From: Myxococcota bacterium | Lineage (GTDB): Bacteria; Myxococcota_A; Polyangia; Nannocystales; Nannocystaceae | Assembly (NCBI GenBank): GCA_039028615.1 | Contig: JBCCHT010000001.1 | Coordinates: forward strand, 480,001-544,000 | DNA: 64,000 nucleotides | Reading direction: 5' to 3' | Part shown: one piece after another, positions 10,161-20,006 of the stretch | Layout of the letters: every line of letters begins with the position of its first letter | Position numbering within the stretch: the stretch's first letter is position 1 | Notes under the pieces: model-generated | Database searches by the model: none | What the model was told of the DNA's origin: nothing | The model's input: the letters and a program-made list of their open reading frames with translations, nothing else | Program-made: the position numbers and the translations under genes

Positions 10161-11258
10161 CTACTCGCCGTACACGGCGTGAATCGCCGAGGCGTAGTCC
10201 TCGAGCGGCGCCGCGGGATCGCACGCGAGCATGTCGTCGAGCAGCCACATCCAGCCGCCGACGGTCGAGCCCGACCACCCCTCCAGCCGCGTCTGGACCT
10301 CGGCCGGCGTGTCGCCCTGACTACAGCCACCGCCGTGCAGGCTCCACAAGCCTGCCTCGACCTCGAGCCCGTCGAACGCCGCGCTCCAGTTGGCGGGGTT
10401 GTTGCCCGCCCCGCCCGCGTAGACCTGCAGGAGCACCCGATCGACCAGCCCCGGCTCGAGCACCTCGAGCTCGTCGTAGACCGCGGTCCAAAAGCCCATG
10501 TTGTTGTAGGGCGCAAAGGTGACCTTGTAGTCGAGCTCGGCCAACATCAGGCTGAACTCGATCGTCGGGTTGGCCTGGAAGTAGGTCTCGTCGTCGTAGT
10601 TGATGGCGTCAATGGTGGGGATCACCTGCTTCAGCGCCGCGAAGTTGCGATACAGGATGCTGTCCGGGCCCGTCCCCTCCGCCTCGATCAACATCGCGAT
10701 GTTGTCGAAGTCGGGTACGCCCCACGCCCCCACGGAAAACTCTGTGCGAGTCACCGTGGTCGGCTCCTCCTCGAGGCTCACCACCAGCTCGGGCCAGCCT
10801 TCGACCCCGACATACTCACCGTCTTCGATGATCAGCTGATCGTTGAGCACGAGATCGCCGTCGTCGTGCACGTGCACGCTCCACAGGATCATCGTGTCGA
10901 AGCCCGAGTCCCGCATGCGCGGCATGACGGTGGCCGCATCGTGATAAAAAGGCCCGCCGCCGAAGACCCCGGCCGGTCGACCGAGGGGCACGACCCCGGG
11001 CCCTCCGTCGCTGGACCCGGTCTCCATGCCCGTACTGGTCCCGTCCTCGGCGATGCCGCTGTCGCCCGCGGTCGTGTCGGCCACGCTGGTCTCCCCGCCC
11101 CCGCTGCTGCTGGACGGACCGTTGGACGTGCCGACGCTGCTGCCTCCGGTCGACTCGCTCCCCGCTCCGCCGCCACCGCCACCGTCGTCTCCGCAAGCTC
11201 CCACGAGCGCGAGCGAGCAGAGCAGCGGGGCAAGGCAACGACGACCGGGGGCAATCAT
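10161..11258 (-). CDS. Lipoprotein with GH18-like (chitinase/endo-beta-N-acetylglucosaminidase-like) domain
   Basis: Lipobox LVGAC, Gly/Ser tether, FSVGAWG, IDAINYDDE (DxxNxDxE), LQVYAGG, GGWMW. Confidence 0.65.
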   Translation of the reverse strand: MIAPGRRCLAPLLCSLALVGACGDDGGGGGGAGSESTGGSSVGTSNGPSSSSGGGETSVADTTAGDSGIAEDGTSTGMETGSSDGGPGVVPLGRPAGVFGGGPFYHDAATVMPRMRDSGFDTMILWSVHVHDDGDLVLNDQLIIEDGEYVGVEGWPELVVSLEEEPTTVTRTEFSVGAWGVPDFDNIAMLIEAEGTGPDSILYRNFAALKQVIPTIDAINYDDETYFQANPTIEFSLMLAELDYKVTFAPYNNMGFWTAVYDELEVLEPGLVDRVLLQVYAGGAGNNPANWSAAFDGLEVEAGLWSLHGGGCSQGDTPAEVQTRLEGWSGSTVGGWMWLLDDMLACDPAAPLEDYASAIHAVYGE

Positions 11259-11375
11259 GGCGACGACGTTCGCTCATCCCCGGGCCGCGAACAAGCGCGG
11301 CGACGCGAGTTCGCGCCCGGCGACGGCAGCGCGACCGCTCGCCCCCAGACGAGGTACGGTGGGGTGGGGATTTTC

Positions 11376-11810
11376 ATGGCACACGACATTCACGAGCTTC
11401 AGCGCGAGCTCGAGCGCACGCAGCTCGAGCTCGAACAGACCAAGGCCATGCTCGACCAGCTTCGGCGTCGACGGACGCCGCGGGCGAGCGAGCCAGACCG
11501 ATCCCCGCCGCCGCCGGCCGAAGGCCGCGCCTCCGCCACCTACCGGGTCGAGGGCAGCGCCGAACAACTCGCGACCTTCGACTTTCTCCTGCGCCACGTC
11601 AGCACCGCCTGCGAGGCGGGCTCGACTGCCTTCTACCAGCTCATGGTCGATGGCGACGGCGCGGCCTCGCTCACCATCGAAAAACACGGCCGCCGCATCG
11701 CCGTCACCGAGGCCGAGGAGCGCTGGCTCTTCGGCGAAGGCGAGCGCCCCCCGAACATGCCCGACGTGAACCTGCGCAGCGAGGAAGTGCTGGAGCTCGA
11801 AATCGTGTAG
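11376..11810 (+). CDS. Hypothetical protein with N-terminal coiled coil
   Basis: ATG at 11376 (MAHDIHELQRELERTQLELEQ...). The upstream part of the ORF-track call is antisense to the GH18-like gene. Confidence 0.6.
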   Translation: MAHDIHELQRELERTQLELEQTKAMLDQLRRRRTPRASEPDRSPPPPAEGRASATYRVEGSAEQLATFDFLLRHVSTACEAGSTAFYQLMVDGDGAASLTIEKHGRRIAVTEAEERWLFGEGERPPNMPDVNLRSEEVLELEIV

Positions 11811-11813
11811 CCG

Positions 11814-12209
11814 CTAGCCCGCCAGCAACGCGCGCCGCGCTTCGTCGCGCTCGAGAAAGACCAGCACGGGAAGGCCGTCTTCTCGCATGTGTCGCTCGAC
11901 CTGGAGCTTGCCGATGACGGTGCCCACGAGCAGCGCGCAGTTCTTGAAGCTCTGCAGCAGGCTGCGGCGAAGCGGCGTCACCGTGGCCTCGAACTCCTTG
12001 TCGTTGCGGCCCGTGGCCGCCCGCAGGTCGACGAGCAACGCCGCCTTCGAACGGTCGATGCCGCGCAGCGCATCGTCGACGTTGGCGAACGCCCGCTGAC
12101 AGTCCTCCATGGTCCCGAAGGGCTTGGTATTGCGGACCACGATGGCGAGCTTGCCTTCGTCCTGGAGCTCGACGTCGAAGAACGAACCCGGCTTGATTCC
12201 ACCTGACAC
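11814..12209 (-). CDS. Hypothetical protein, STAS/SEC14-like alpha/beta fold
   Basis: LLVDLR..GRND..FE and F...EAR pattern; GTG at 12209 preceded by TGcTATGAT. Confidence 0.55.
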   Translation of the reverse strand: MSGGIKPGSFFDVELQDEGKLAIVVRNTKPFGTMEDCQRAFANVDDALRGIDRSKAALLVDLRAATGRNDKEFEATVTPLRRSLLQSFKNCALLVGTVIGKLQVERHMREDGLPVLVFLERDEARRALLAG

Positions 12210-12282
12210 TACCCAACCATCATAGCACCCGGCCCGTGGTCCGCGAACCAACCGCTCGACCGAGTGATACGCTGCACTCGCA

Positions 12283-12678
12283 ATGCGACGGAAGGGAAGC
12301 TGTCTCTGTGGTGCGCTCACCTACGAGATCGAGGGTGAGATCGATGGAGTTTGGATCTGCCACTGTTCCAACTGCCGCAAAGCGAGCGGGAGCTCCGGCA
12401 ACGCGATCATCGTGGTGAAGCAAGAGCACTTTCACTGGATCACGGGCAAGGACCACCGCGTCACCTACTGCGTTCGCCCCACCTACTGCATCACCCGCTG
12501 CAAGACTTGTGGAACTCCGTTACCGGCGGAAGAAGACGAGAACAACGTCTACCTGACCGCGGGGACCCTCGACGAGCCGCTGGACGCGAAGATCAAAAAT
12601 CGCATCTTCTGCGCCTCACGAGCCGACTGGGACCACGATGCGGACGACGTTCGTTACCACGACGAACGCTCGACCTAG
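12283..12678 (+). CDS. GFA (Gfa/CENP-V) family Zn-binding protein
   Basis: GSCLCG, CHCSNCRK, CKTCGT motifs. Confidence 0.9.
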   Translation: MRRKGSCLCGALTYEIEGEIDGVWICHCSNCRKASGSSGNAIIVVKQEHFHWITGKDHRVTYCVRPTYCITRCKTCGTPLPAEEDENNVYLTAGTLDEPLDAKIKNRIFCASRADWDHDADDVRYHDERST

Positions 12679-12697
12679 CAACGCCCCGCCGTTGGGC

Positions 12698-14062
12698 TCA
12701 GTCGCCCTGGAAGTACCAGAGTTCGCCCTGGTCGATGACGCTCGCCATGATGTCGAGGCGACCGTCGAGGTTGAAATCGACCACCTCGAGATCGCTGACG
12801 AGGCCGTCGACCTCGAACGCGACCGAGTCGTCCATGCTGAAGGTCCCGGTATCGTCGCCGGAGAGGATGATGATCTGCCCGAGGCCCGCGCTGGGCACCA
12901 CGATGTCGAGCGTTCCGTTGCAGTCCATGTCCTCCACCGCGACCTGCCCCAGGGTGTCGCCGACCACCAGGGTCTGCACGCTGCCGAAGCTCCCCGTGCC
13001 GTCACCCAGCAGGATCCACAGCTCGTCGTCCATCCCATCGACAGGGCCTCCGAGGTGAGACACGACCAGGTCCATGTGTCCGTCCAGATCCACGTCGTCC
13101 GCTTCGATGCCAAAGGGCGCCTCGTTGGTCGGGACCTGTGACGACTCGAAGGAGGCCTCCTGCCCGTCGCTGCGGTTGAGCAGCACCGTGAGGTAGTCCC
13201 CCGGCAAGTCGCCATCCGAGTCCGTGCGCGGCACCACCAGATCGAGCCGACCGTCCTCGTCGAAATCGGCGACCGCGATGCGGGGCGTGTTCTCGCCCGC
13301 GGGCACCGAGCTCTGCGAGACATCCATGCCGCCTTCGCGACCGGTCAAGAACTCGACCACCCCCGAGTCCATGGGGTGCGTGTTGATGGCGATGTCCGGC
13401 CACTCGTCGCCCCACATGTCCGCCACCGCCATGGTCCAGGCGCGGTCCAGCAGATCGATGCCCACCCGCTCCTCCAGGTGGTTTTGATCGCCGGGCACCG
13501 TGCCGTACAGCAGCAAGCGATCGCGGTCGGTGACGAGCAGCTCGAGCGGCGGCTCCCCGTCGAATTCACCCAGCGCGACCCCGCTCGCCTCGACCGTCAG
13601 CGGGATGGCATCCGCCATGTCGAACGCGCCCAGCAGCCCCTGACCCTCGAGGATCTGGACCTGGAGCAGGTCGTCGTTGGCCACCGCCACATCGGGCCCG
13701 TCCTGTCCGATGAAGTCCCCCACCGCCATCAGAAACGGCGTGCCCCCGACGTCGATGATCTCGGGCTCGTTGAACGCGAATACCGGCTGGGGATGACCGC
13801 AAAAGTCCCCCGTCTCGGTGTCGGCCGTGTCTGCAGACTCGGTGTCGTCGGCCCCGGTGTCGGCCGGGGTCGTGTTGCCGGTCGCACTCCCGGTGGCACC
13901 CACCGTTTCGTCGTCGCTCGGGACTCCGTCCGACGCCGTATCGCTCGGGCCGGAGGTCGGCGTTTGTCCCGTGTCGGTCGGCCCCACCGAGTCGGTGAAG
14001 CAACCGCCGAGAACGAACAGAGTGAGACAGGCGAAACTGGACCAAGCGTAGTGAGACATCAT
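12698..14062 (-). CDS. FG-GAP/VCBS repeat lipoprotein
   Basis: Lipobox VLGGC, Thr/Asp tether, repeats such as ADFDEDGRLDL, DVDLDGHMDL, DFNLDGRLDI. Confidence 0.85.
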   Translation of the reverse strand: MMSHYAWSSFACLTLFVLGGCFTDSVGPTDTGQTPTSGPSDTASDGVPSDDETVGATGSATGNTTPADTGADDTESADTADTETGDFCGHPQPVFAFNEPEIIDVGGTPFLMAVGDFIGQDGPDVAVANDDLLQVQILEGQGLLGAFDMADAIPLTVEASGVALGEFDGEPPLELLVTDRDRLLLYGTVPGDQNHLEERVGIDLLDRAWTMAVADMWGDEWPDIAINTHPMDSGVVEFLTGREGGMDVSQSSVPAGENTPRIAVADFDEDGRLDLVVPRTDSDGDLPGDYLTVLLNRSDGQEASFESSQVPTNEAPFGIEADDVDLDGHMDLVVSHLGGPVDGMDDELWILLGDGTGSFGSVQTLVVGDTLGQVAVEDMDCNGTLDIVVPSAGLGQIIILSGDDTGTFSMDDSVAFEVDGLVSDLEVVDFNLDGRLDIMASVIDQGELWYFQGD

Positions 14063-14275
14063 CGAGACACCGGGCGGGCGAATCGATCAAGGGTGGCATT
14101 GCGGCCGCGCTGCGAGCAACGATCGGTGCGACCGATGACGCTGCCGTCGACGGCCCACGGTACGCACGACGGCGGGCCCACCAGCCAACCCGCCGTCGAC
14201 CCGCGAGAACATCGATACTCGTCCACGCCGAGTCCTGCGCCCTTTACGCGAGTTCGCACGCCATCAGTGAAGGCT

Positions 14276-14316
14276 CGACAAAGGGCAGACTGGCCGGGTC
14301 CTCTGCCCCTTTGTCG
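14276..14316. repeat. Inverted repeat/hairpin in divergent intergenic region
   Basis: CGACAAAGGGCAGA (14276-14289) pairs with TCTGCCCCTTTGTCG (14302-14316) with one bulged C. Confidence 0.7.
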
Positions 14317-14351
14317 GTGCACGTGGGTCACTCTGCCCGCATGGCAGGGGG

Positions 14352-15176
14352 ATGTGGGAGCATCCGCTGCGGATGCGGGAGCTGAAGATCGTACTCGACG
14401 TCGCCCGCTACCGGCTCGCGCGACTCGAGATGGCGAACCTGGTGGCCGCCATCGCCATCATGATCGCGCTGCGGATGTCCTTCGCCGAGATCATGGTGCG
14501 AGGGATCTTCGGGCTGCTGCTCAACCTGCTGGTCTACCTCAACAACGACTGGTTCGACCTCGACGACGACCTCGCCACCTCGACTCGCGACCGCGCCAAG
14601 ACCCAGTATCTGGCCCAAAACCGCGACGCCGCGGTGCGAGCTCAGCTGGGCCTGCTGGCGTTGCTGGGCGGCTTCGCCTTCACCTGGGGCGACGGGCTGC
14701 CCTGGGTCCTGGTCACGGGCGCGGGCATCTGTGCCGTCTACTCCGCCTACCTCAAGCACCGTCCCTTCACCGACATCGCGGCCATGATGATCTGGGGCGT
14801 GGCCATGCCCGCCGTGGCCGTGCCTCCGGGCTCGGCGGAGGGCTGGTCGTTGCTGTGGCAGCTGGCGCTTTTTTCCGGGGTCTTCGAGACGATCCAAGTG
14901 CTGCGTGATCTCGACATCGACCGCCACCGTGGCATCCCCACCACCGCCGTCGTCCTCGGTCGCGTAAAGACCCAGTGGCTCGCCCGCGGCATGATGCTGG
15001 CGGCCGGGGCCTATGCCGCGTGGTGCTTCCACCCCGCGCTCATGCTGCCGCCGCTCGTGGCGGCGGTGCTGCCGATTCCCGCCGTGGGGCTGACCAACTA
15101 CTGGCACCGCATTCGATTGCTGCTCGGGCCCACGTTGCTCATCGAGTGCGTGATGATCTGGCTGCACACGGGTTGA
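14352..15176 (+). CDS. UbiA-family prenyltransferase
   Basis: Polytopic; NNDWFDLDDD (NDxxDxxxD) and RDLDIDRHRGIPT Asp-rich motifs; alternative start 14373. Confidence 0.85.
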   Translation: MWEHPLRMRELKIVLDVARYRLARLEMANLVAAIAIMIALRMSFAEIMVRGIFGLLLNLLVYLNNDWFDLDDDLATSTRDRAKTQYLAQNRDAAVRAQLGLLALLGGFAFTWGDGLPWVLVTGAGICAVYSAYLKHRPFTDIAAMMIWGVAMPAVAVPPGSAEGWSLLWQLALFSGVFETIQVLRDLDIDRHRGIPTTAVVLGRVKTQWLARGMMLAAGAYAAWCFHPALMLPPLVAAVLPIPAVGLTNYWHRIRLLLGPTLLIECVMIWLHTG

Positions 15177-15178
15177 CC

Positions 15179-17065
15179 ATGGCGTGGCTCGACCGACTCT
15201 CGGGCGCTCGAAAGGTCGCGCTGGCGTGGACGCTGCTCGTGGTCGCGGTGGCGACCGTCGTGTACTGGCCCGCCCTGCAGGTGGGGTATCTGGCCGACGA
15301 CCTCTATCAAATCGCCCTGCACGACGGCGTCGCGGGCACGCGCCCCCCGTGGGCGTTGTACTCGCTGTTCGAGCTCGATCCGGCCGCGACCTCCGCTCAC
15401 ATGGCCGGGGGCTCGTTGCCCTGGTGGACGGTGCCGGAGTTCAAGTTCGTGCAGCTGAGGCCGCTGTCGAGCCTGCTGCTGGCGTTGGATCACACGATCC
15501 GCCCGCATGACGCCGTCGCGCATCACCTGCACTCCATGCTGTGGATGGCTTCCACGGTGGTGGCCGCTCACTATGCGCTGCGCCGCGCGACCACGCCGGT
15601 CATCGCCGGCCTCGCCCTCGGCCTGTTCGCGATCGACGAGACGCTGGGCTGGACGATCGCGTGGGTCGCCAACCGCTGCTCGCTCGTCGCCGCGACCTTT
15701 GCCTTCCTCGCGCTCGCGCTGCACCTACGCCGCACGCAGACCCCCTCCAGGCGCCTCGCCTTCGCCGAGCTGGGCGCATGGTCGCTGGCCTTCGCCGCGG
15801 GCGAGTACGCCCTGTGTGGCCTGGCCTACCTCATCGCGTACGCCATGGTCGGGCGCACCGATGGTTGGCGCGTCCGCCTTCGTGCCCTCGCCCCCGCCGC
15901 CCTCGCCCTCGCCCTGTTCTCCGTCGTCTACGTGATGGTCCGAGCCGGGGTCCTGGGCGCGACCAGCTATATCGATCCGCTCAGTCATCCGGGGGAGCTG
16001 CTCATCGCCGCCGCCGACCGCATCCCGCGAATGCTCGGCGAGACCTGGCTGACCTTCCCCTCCGAGAGCGAACGCCTGCTGTCTCGTTTTCAGGGCTCCG
16101 TGTCCATGGCGTGGCTGATGGTGGCCGCGGGCATCGACAGCCTCGAGCAGCTCGTCCCCGGCCACGGTCGCATGGTCCTGATGACCTTGCCGCCGCTGGT
16201 CTTGGTCAGCGGGTGGCTCGCCCGGCCCTACCTGGAGCCGAACGAGCGACGTGCCGTCGCCTGGCTCGCGCTCGGCTCGGTCGGCGCTGTGGTGCCCCTG
16301 ACCGCCATCATGCCCACCACCCGCGCCTTGGCGCTCGCCGGCCTCGGTCCCGCGGTGTTCATCGCCAGCCTGGCCGTGGCCGCCACGCGGGCCGTGCTCG
16401 CCCGCCCCGTCGGTGTGGGCCCGCGGCTACGCGCCGTGGTGCTGGCGGTCATCGCCGTGCCGTGGGTCGGAGCGCACACCGTCAACGACGCCAAGTGGGC
16501 CCGCAAGGAGATCGAGGGCCTCAGCGGCGTCGAAGGTGCCTATCGCCGCTTCCACTTCAACCAGCACACCGAGGGCGTCACCCTCGAGGGCAAGCACGTG
16601 GTGGTCATCTCCACCCCCGGGCTCGTCACTGGGCTGCACGCGCGCTGGATGATGCACCTGTGGGGCGAGCCCATGCCCGCCACCTGGCACGTGCTCACCA
16701 TGGGCGGACGACGGCTCTTCCTGCGCCGCTTCGACCGCTCCACCCTCGAGCTGTCGACGATTGCGGGCCGCCTGCTCGACCAACCGCAAGAGAGCCTCTT
16801 CCGCCCGCCCAGCGCCGACATGAGGCTGCACGATGTCGCGTCGGCCGGCCTGTTCGACGCCACCGTGGTTCGCGAGGCCCCCACCGGAGGCCCCAGCGCG
16901 GTCCAGTTCCGATTCCGCTGGCCGCTCGACGATCCGCGCCTGGTGTTCCTGGTGGCGGGCTCCGAGGGCCTGCGTCCGCTGGCGCTGCCGCCCGTGGGCG
17001 GGGCCAAGGCCATCGCGCCACCGCTGCTGCCCGGGCTCGACCCCAACACCCCGAGCCCTCGCTGA
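15179..17065 (+). CDS. Polytopic GT-C-like glycosyltransferase (PMT/TMTC-like)
   Basis: TM1 followed by GYLADD, then RPLSSL, WVANR, GEYA; many TMs; ATG 2 nt after the UbiA stop. Confidence 0.6.
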   Translation: MAWLDRLSGARKVALAWTLLVVAVATVVYWPALQVGYLADDLYQIALHDGVAGTRPPWALYSLFELDPAATSAHMAGGSLPWWTVPEFKFVQLRPLSSLLLALDHTIRPHDAVAHHLHSMLWMASTVVAAHYALRRATTPVIAGLALGLFAIDETLGWTIAWVANRCSLVAATFAFLALALHLRRTQTPSRRLAFAELGAWSLAFAAGEYALCGLAYLIAYAMVGRTDGWRVRLRALAPAALALALFSVVYVMVRAGVLGATSYIDPLSHPGELLIAAADRIPRMLGETWLTFPSESERLLSRFQGSVSMAWLMVAAGIDSLEQLVPGHGRMVLMTLPPLVLVSGWLARPYLEPNERRAVAWLALGSVGAVVPLTAIMPTTRALALAGLGPAVFIASLAVAATRAVLARPVGVGPRLRAVVLAVIAVPWVGAHTVNDAKWARKEIEGLSGVEGAYRRFHFNQHTEGVTLEGKHVVVISTPGLVTGLHARWMMHLWGEPMPATWHVLTMGGRRLFLRRFDRSTLELSTIAGRLLDQPQESLFRPPSADMRLHDVASAGLFDATVVREAPTGGPSAVQFRFRWPLDDPRLVFLVAGSEGLRPLALPPVGGAKAIAPPLLPGLDPNTPSPR

Positions 17066-17084
17066 GACGGTTCGTGCTACCACC

Positions 17085-18263
17085 ATGGGCATGGCTGCCG
17101 GCCATCGCCTGCTCGCTGCTGCCGTGGCCGTGGCCATGAGCGCGGGCTGTGGGGTCACGCCCAACCAGCAGATCGCCGACGAATTTCACGAGCGCCTGCA
17201 GCCGCCATCACGGGGCTGGAGGTCGATCCCCTGCCCAGACCGTGCCGCCAAGCTCGAGGCCTTGCACGACCTGTACGCGCTGGCCATCGATGTTCGCTCG
17301 CACGCCCGCGACTTCGACACGCCCCTGCCCCCGCAACTACACGCCGACCTGCTGAACACCCCGCTGCTCGGGCTCGGTTCGACCTTTCGCTGCGTCGTGC
17401 AGGATCTGCACGGTACCGACCTTTCCACCGAGCCCAACCTCGCCGAGCTGACGATCTACGTCGCCAACCTGCTCATGCTCAAGGCACGCGCCCGGCTCGA
17501 GCAGGGAGACCGCGACGACGGATGGGCGCACGTGCTCGAGACCCTGGCCTTGTACGCGGCCCCGCTCGGCGCCGACGTGCCGCATCACTTCGGTGTGCCG
17601 CTCGTGCTCGGGGACATCGAGGCCCTCGCGCTGGAGCATCCGCCCCCGCCGTCCCTCCGCGCCGCGCTGGTCGACGCCACCCAAGCCACCGTCGTGCCGA
17701 CCCACGTTCGATGCGCCGCCCTCCGGCACGAGCTGCTCGAGACCGGCGTCGCCTCGTTCCGCGGGCACTTCGACCGACGCGAAAAGACGGCCGTGGCCCA
17801 GCGCTTCGGCCTCGACCGCGCCATGCGAGACTGGCGGCAGCACGCGGCGGGACAGCAGGGCTGGGGGGTCTGGGAGGCCTTTCGGGAGACCTACGACGCC
17901 GTCGTCACCGCCTGCACCACGGTGCCCCTGGGCACCACGATGATCGCGGGCGCCCCCCCGTCCAAGCGCCTCGACCTGCTGCACCCCGAGACGGGCATGC
18001 GGGTTCGCATGGTCACCCAGCGGCTCAACACCGCGGGGGAGATCATCGACGCTCGCATCTCCCTGCTCGCCCTGCTGCGCGCGATGGCGCTCCGCGAGTC
18101 CCTGGGCCGAGAGCCGACCACGGCCGAGCTGGCGCTGAGCTTTGGTCGAAGACCCCGCAGCGCCTGGGACGGCCGCCCCTACACCTTTGCGCTCGATCAA
18201 CGCGTACTGACGGTGACGCGCGGTTCGTATTCACATGAGATTCGACTTCCGCCGCCCGGCTGA
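17085..18263 (+). CDS. Hypothetical alpha-helical lipoprotein
   Basis: Lipobox MSAGC after a hydrophobic stretch; ATG at 17085 or 17091. Confidence 0.6.
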   Translation: MGMAAGHRLLAAAVAVAMSAGCGVTPNQQIADEFHERLQPPSRGWRSIPCPDRAAKLEALHDLYALAIDVRSHARDFDTPLPPQLHADLLNTPLLGLGSTFRCVVQDLHGTDLSTEPNLAELTIYVANLLMLKARARLEQGDRDDGWAHVLETLALYAAPLGADVPHHFGVPLVLGDIEALALEHPPPPSLRAALVDATQATVVPTHVRCAALRHELLETGVASFRGHFDRREKTAVAQRFGLDRAMRDWRQHAAGQQGWGVWEAFRETYDAVVTACTTVPLGTTMIAGAPPSKRLDLLHPETGMRVRMVTQRLNTAGEIIDARISLLALLRAMALRESLGREPTTAELALSFGRRPRSAWDGRPYTFALDQRVLTVTRGSYSHEIRLPPPG

Positions 18264-18419
18264 GCACCGGGTGGCCGGACTCGCCGCCGACCGCCACATC
18301 CCCACGGTTTTCACGAGCAAAAGGCCGAGGCATCCCATCGGCGTCATCAATCGCGGGCCGCTCCCTCCCCACCCTGGCGCCACGCATGTACCATTGGGGT
18401 CGAAACTGCGACGCGGCTC

Positions 18420-19217
18420 ATGAACGACACGCTCAAGATGTTCCTCATCGCTCTGGTGACGGCCTTGGCCTCTCAGTTGCTCGTGGGGCCCTACATCCTG
18501 AAGCTCCAGGGCTACGTGCCCGCCAACGAGATGGCGCAGAGTCGCGTGCCCAAGCTCGAGCAGGGCACGCCTCGCCCGGCCACGCCTGCGCCCGTCGCCC
18601 CGACTCCCGCCGAGAAGCTCAACGCGCCCAACCTCGAGGGCATGAGCGTCGAGGCGGCGCGCGAGCGCTGGCGCGACAAGGGCCTGGTCGTCATCGAAGA
18701 TGGCGAGCGCGTCGACAGTGGGGCCAAGCCCGGCTCCATCATCGAGCAGCGCCCCGCCCCCGGCTCACCCCTCGCCTCCAAAGAGGTGCGGGTCACCGTG
18801 GCCAAGGCGGCCACCGAGAAAAAAGTTCCCGACGTCATGGGCAAGCCTCTCGAAGAGGCTCGCCAGGCGCTCATCGACGCCGGCTTCGAGGTCCCCGATC
18901 CCGATGCCGAGGCCTCGCGCGAGCCGGTCGGCACCGTCATCAAGCAGGTGCCCGCCGCGGGTGAAGCCGCCAAGAAGGAATCGATCGTCCGTCTCGTCAT
19001 CGCCGAGCCGGCCTCGATCGAGGTCCCCAAGGTCACGGGTAGCTTCCTGGCCAAGGCCCGCAAGACCCTCGAAGAGGCCGGGCTCGAAGTCGGCTCCATC
19101 CGTCGCGTCGAGCACGAGGAGCGCGGCGAGGACTACGTACTCCGGCAGAATCCCGAGCCCGGGGCCGAGGTGCCACCAGGCACCGAGATCGAGCTGGTCG
19201 CCGTCGCGCCGAACTGA
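18420..19217 (+). CDS. PASTA-domain protein (three repeats) with N-terminal anchor
   Basis: APNLEGMSVEAAR, VPDVMGKPLEEAR and VPKVTG repeats, each with G.(V/I)..Q.P..G or a close variant. Confidence 0.9.
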   Translation: MNDTLKMFLIALVTALASQLLVGPYILKLQGYVPANEMAQSRVPKLEQGTPRPATPAPVAPTPAEKLNAPNLEGMSVEAARERWRDKGLVVIEDGERVDSGAKPGSIIEQRPAPGSPLASKEVRVTVAKAATEKKVPDVMGKPLEEARQALIDAGFEVPDPDAEASREPVGTVIKQVPAAGEAAKKESIVRLVIAEPASIEVPKVTGSFLAKARKTLEEAGLEVGSIRRVEHEERGEDYVLRQNPEPGAEVPPGTEIELVAVAPN

Positions 19218-19276
19218 TTGAGCCCCGCGGTCTGCACCGCGTCAGATCCAGCGGTCGCTCGCCCTACCCTGAGGTC

Positions 19277-19666
19277 ATGTTCGGCCTCGGGAAACGCTGG
19301 CGAGAGTGGCTCGACGAAGTACGAAGCGACTACGGCCGCCAGTACGGCTGGTTCGTCGAACGCAACGGCACTCCCATCGCCATTCTTCTCGATCCGCAGT
19401 GGGTGGACATGTTCTGGGACAGCTATCGCGTCCATCCCGTCCCGGGCAGCAACCTCCCCGACATGATCTACACCGCCGAGCTATGGCACGCCGGCGACCT
19501 GGTCTACCGCAACCGGGCCACCGGCGAGGTCGTCGGTGCATGGGCAGGAGGAGCACTGCCGACCCGCGATGATCCACGGGTCGTCATGCGCGGCCTCTAC
19601 CTGCACCGACGATTCACGCTATTGGATGGGCTCGTGCGCTGGTGGCAGACTAGCCGGCCGACATGA
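19277..19666 (+). CDS. Hypothetical protein
   Basis: 129 aa, aromatic-rich (YGWFVERNG, DMFWDSY); 17-nt convergent overlap with the lectin gene. Confidence 0.6.
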   Translation: MFGLGKRWREWLDEVRSDYGRQYGWFVERNGTPIAILLDPQWVDMFWDSYRVHPVPGSNLPDMIYTAELWHAGDLVYRNRATGEVVGAWAGGALPTRDDPRVVMRGLYLHRRFTLLDGLVRWWQTSRPT

Positions 19667-20006
19667 ACCACGTGATGCGCGAGACGTTGTCGTTGTAGTC
19701 GTTGTCCGACCCGTCTTCGCTCGAGACCACCCACGTCGAGCTGAGAATACGCCCCTTGCTCGCCGGGTCCTCGACATTGAAGGGCCCGTGGATGATGCCC
19801 GAACCGGTGATTTCCACCGAGACCGCACCCGAGCTCGCCTGGAACATCTTCTGCCCGTGCGTCTGTCGAACCCCGCCCCCGCTCAGCGAGCCGACCGGGT
19901 TGCCGTCGACATAGGCAGTCACCGTTCCCGTGCCCGCCGTCATCGTGGTCAGGTCCATCACGTACCAACCGGACTGTGCATCCGACAGTTTCAACCTCGT
20001 CGCCAT
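19650..20006 (-). CDS. Fucose-binding lectin II (PA-IIL/LecB-like)
   Basis: 118-aa beta-rich protein with C-terminal SEDGSDNDYND Ca2+/sugar-binding loop; AAGGA RBS upstream. Confidence 0.8.
   Translation of the reverse strand: MATRLKLSDAQSGWYVMDLTTMTAGTGTVTAYVDGNPVGSLSGGGVRQTHGQKMFQASSGAVSVEITGSGIIHGPFNVEDPASKGRILSSTWVVSSEDGSDNDYNDNVSRITWFMSAG

Noticed and set aside
10179..11375. Long 5' extensions of ORF-track calls (this one, and likewise 30339-32216, 35313-36869 and 36886-38166)
   Set aside because: The extensions overlap genuine neighbouring genes in other frames; only the 3' portions look protein-like.
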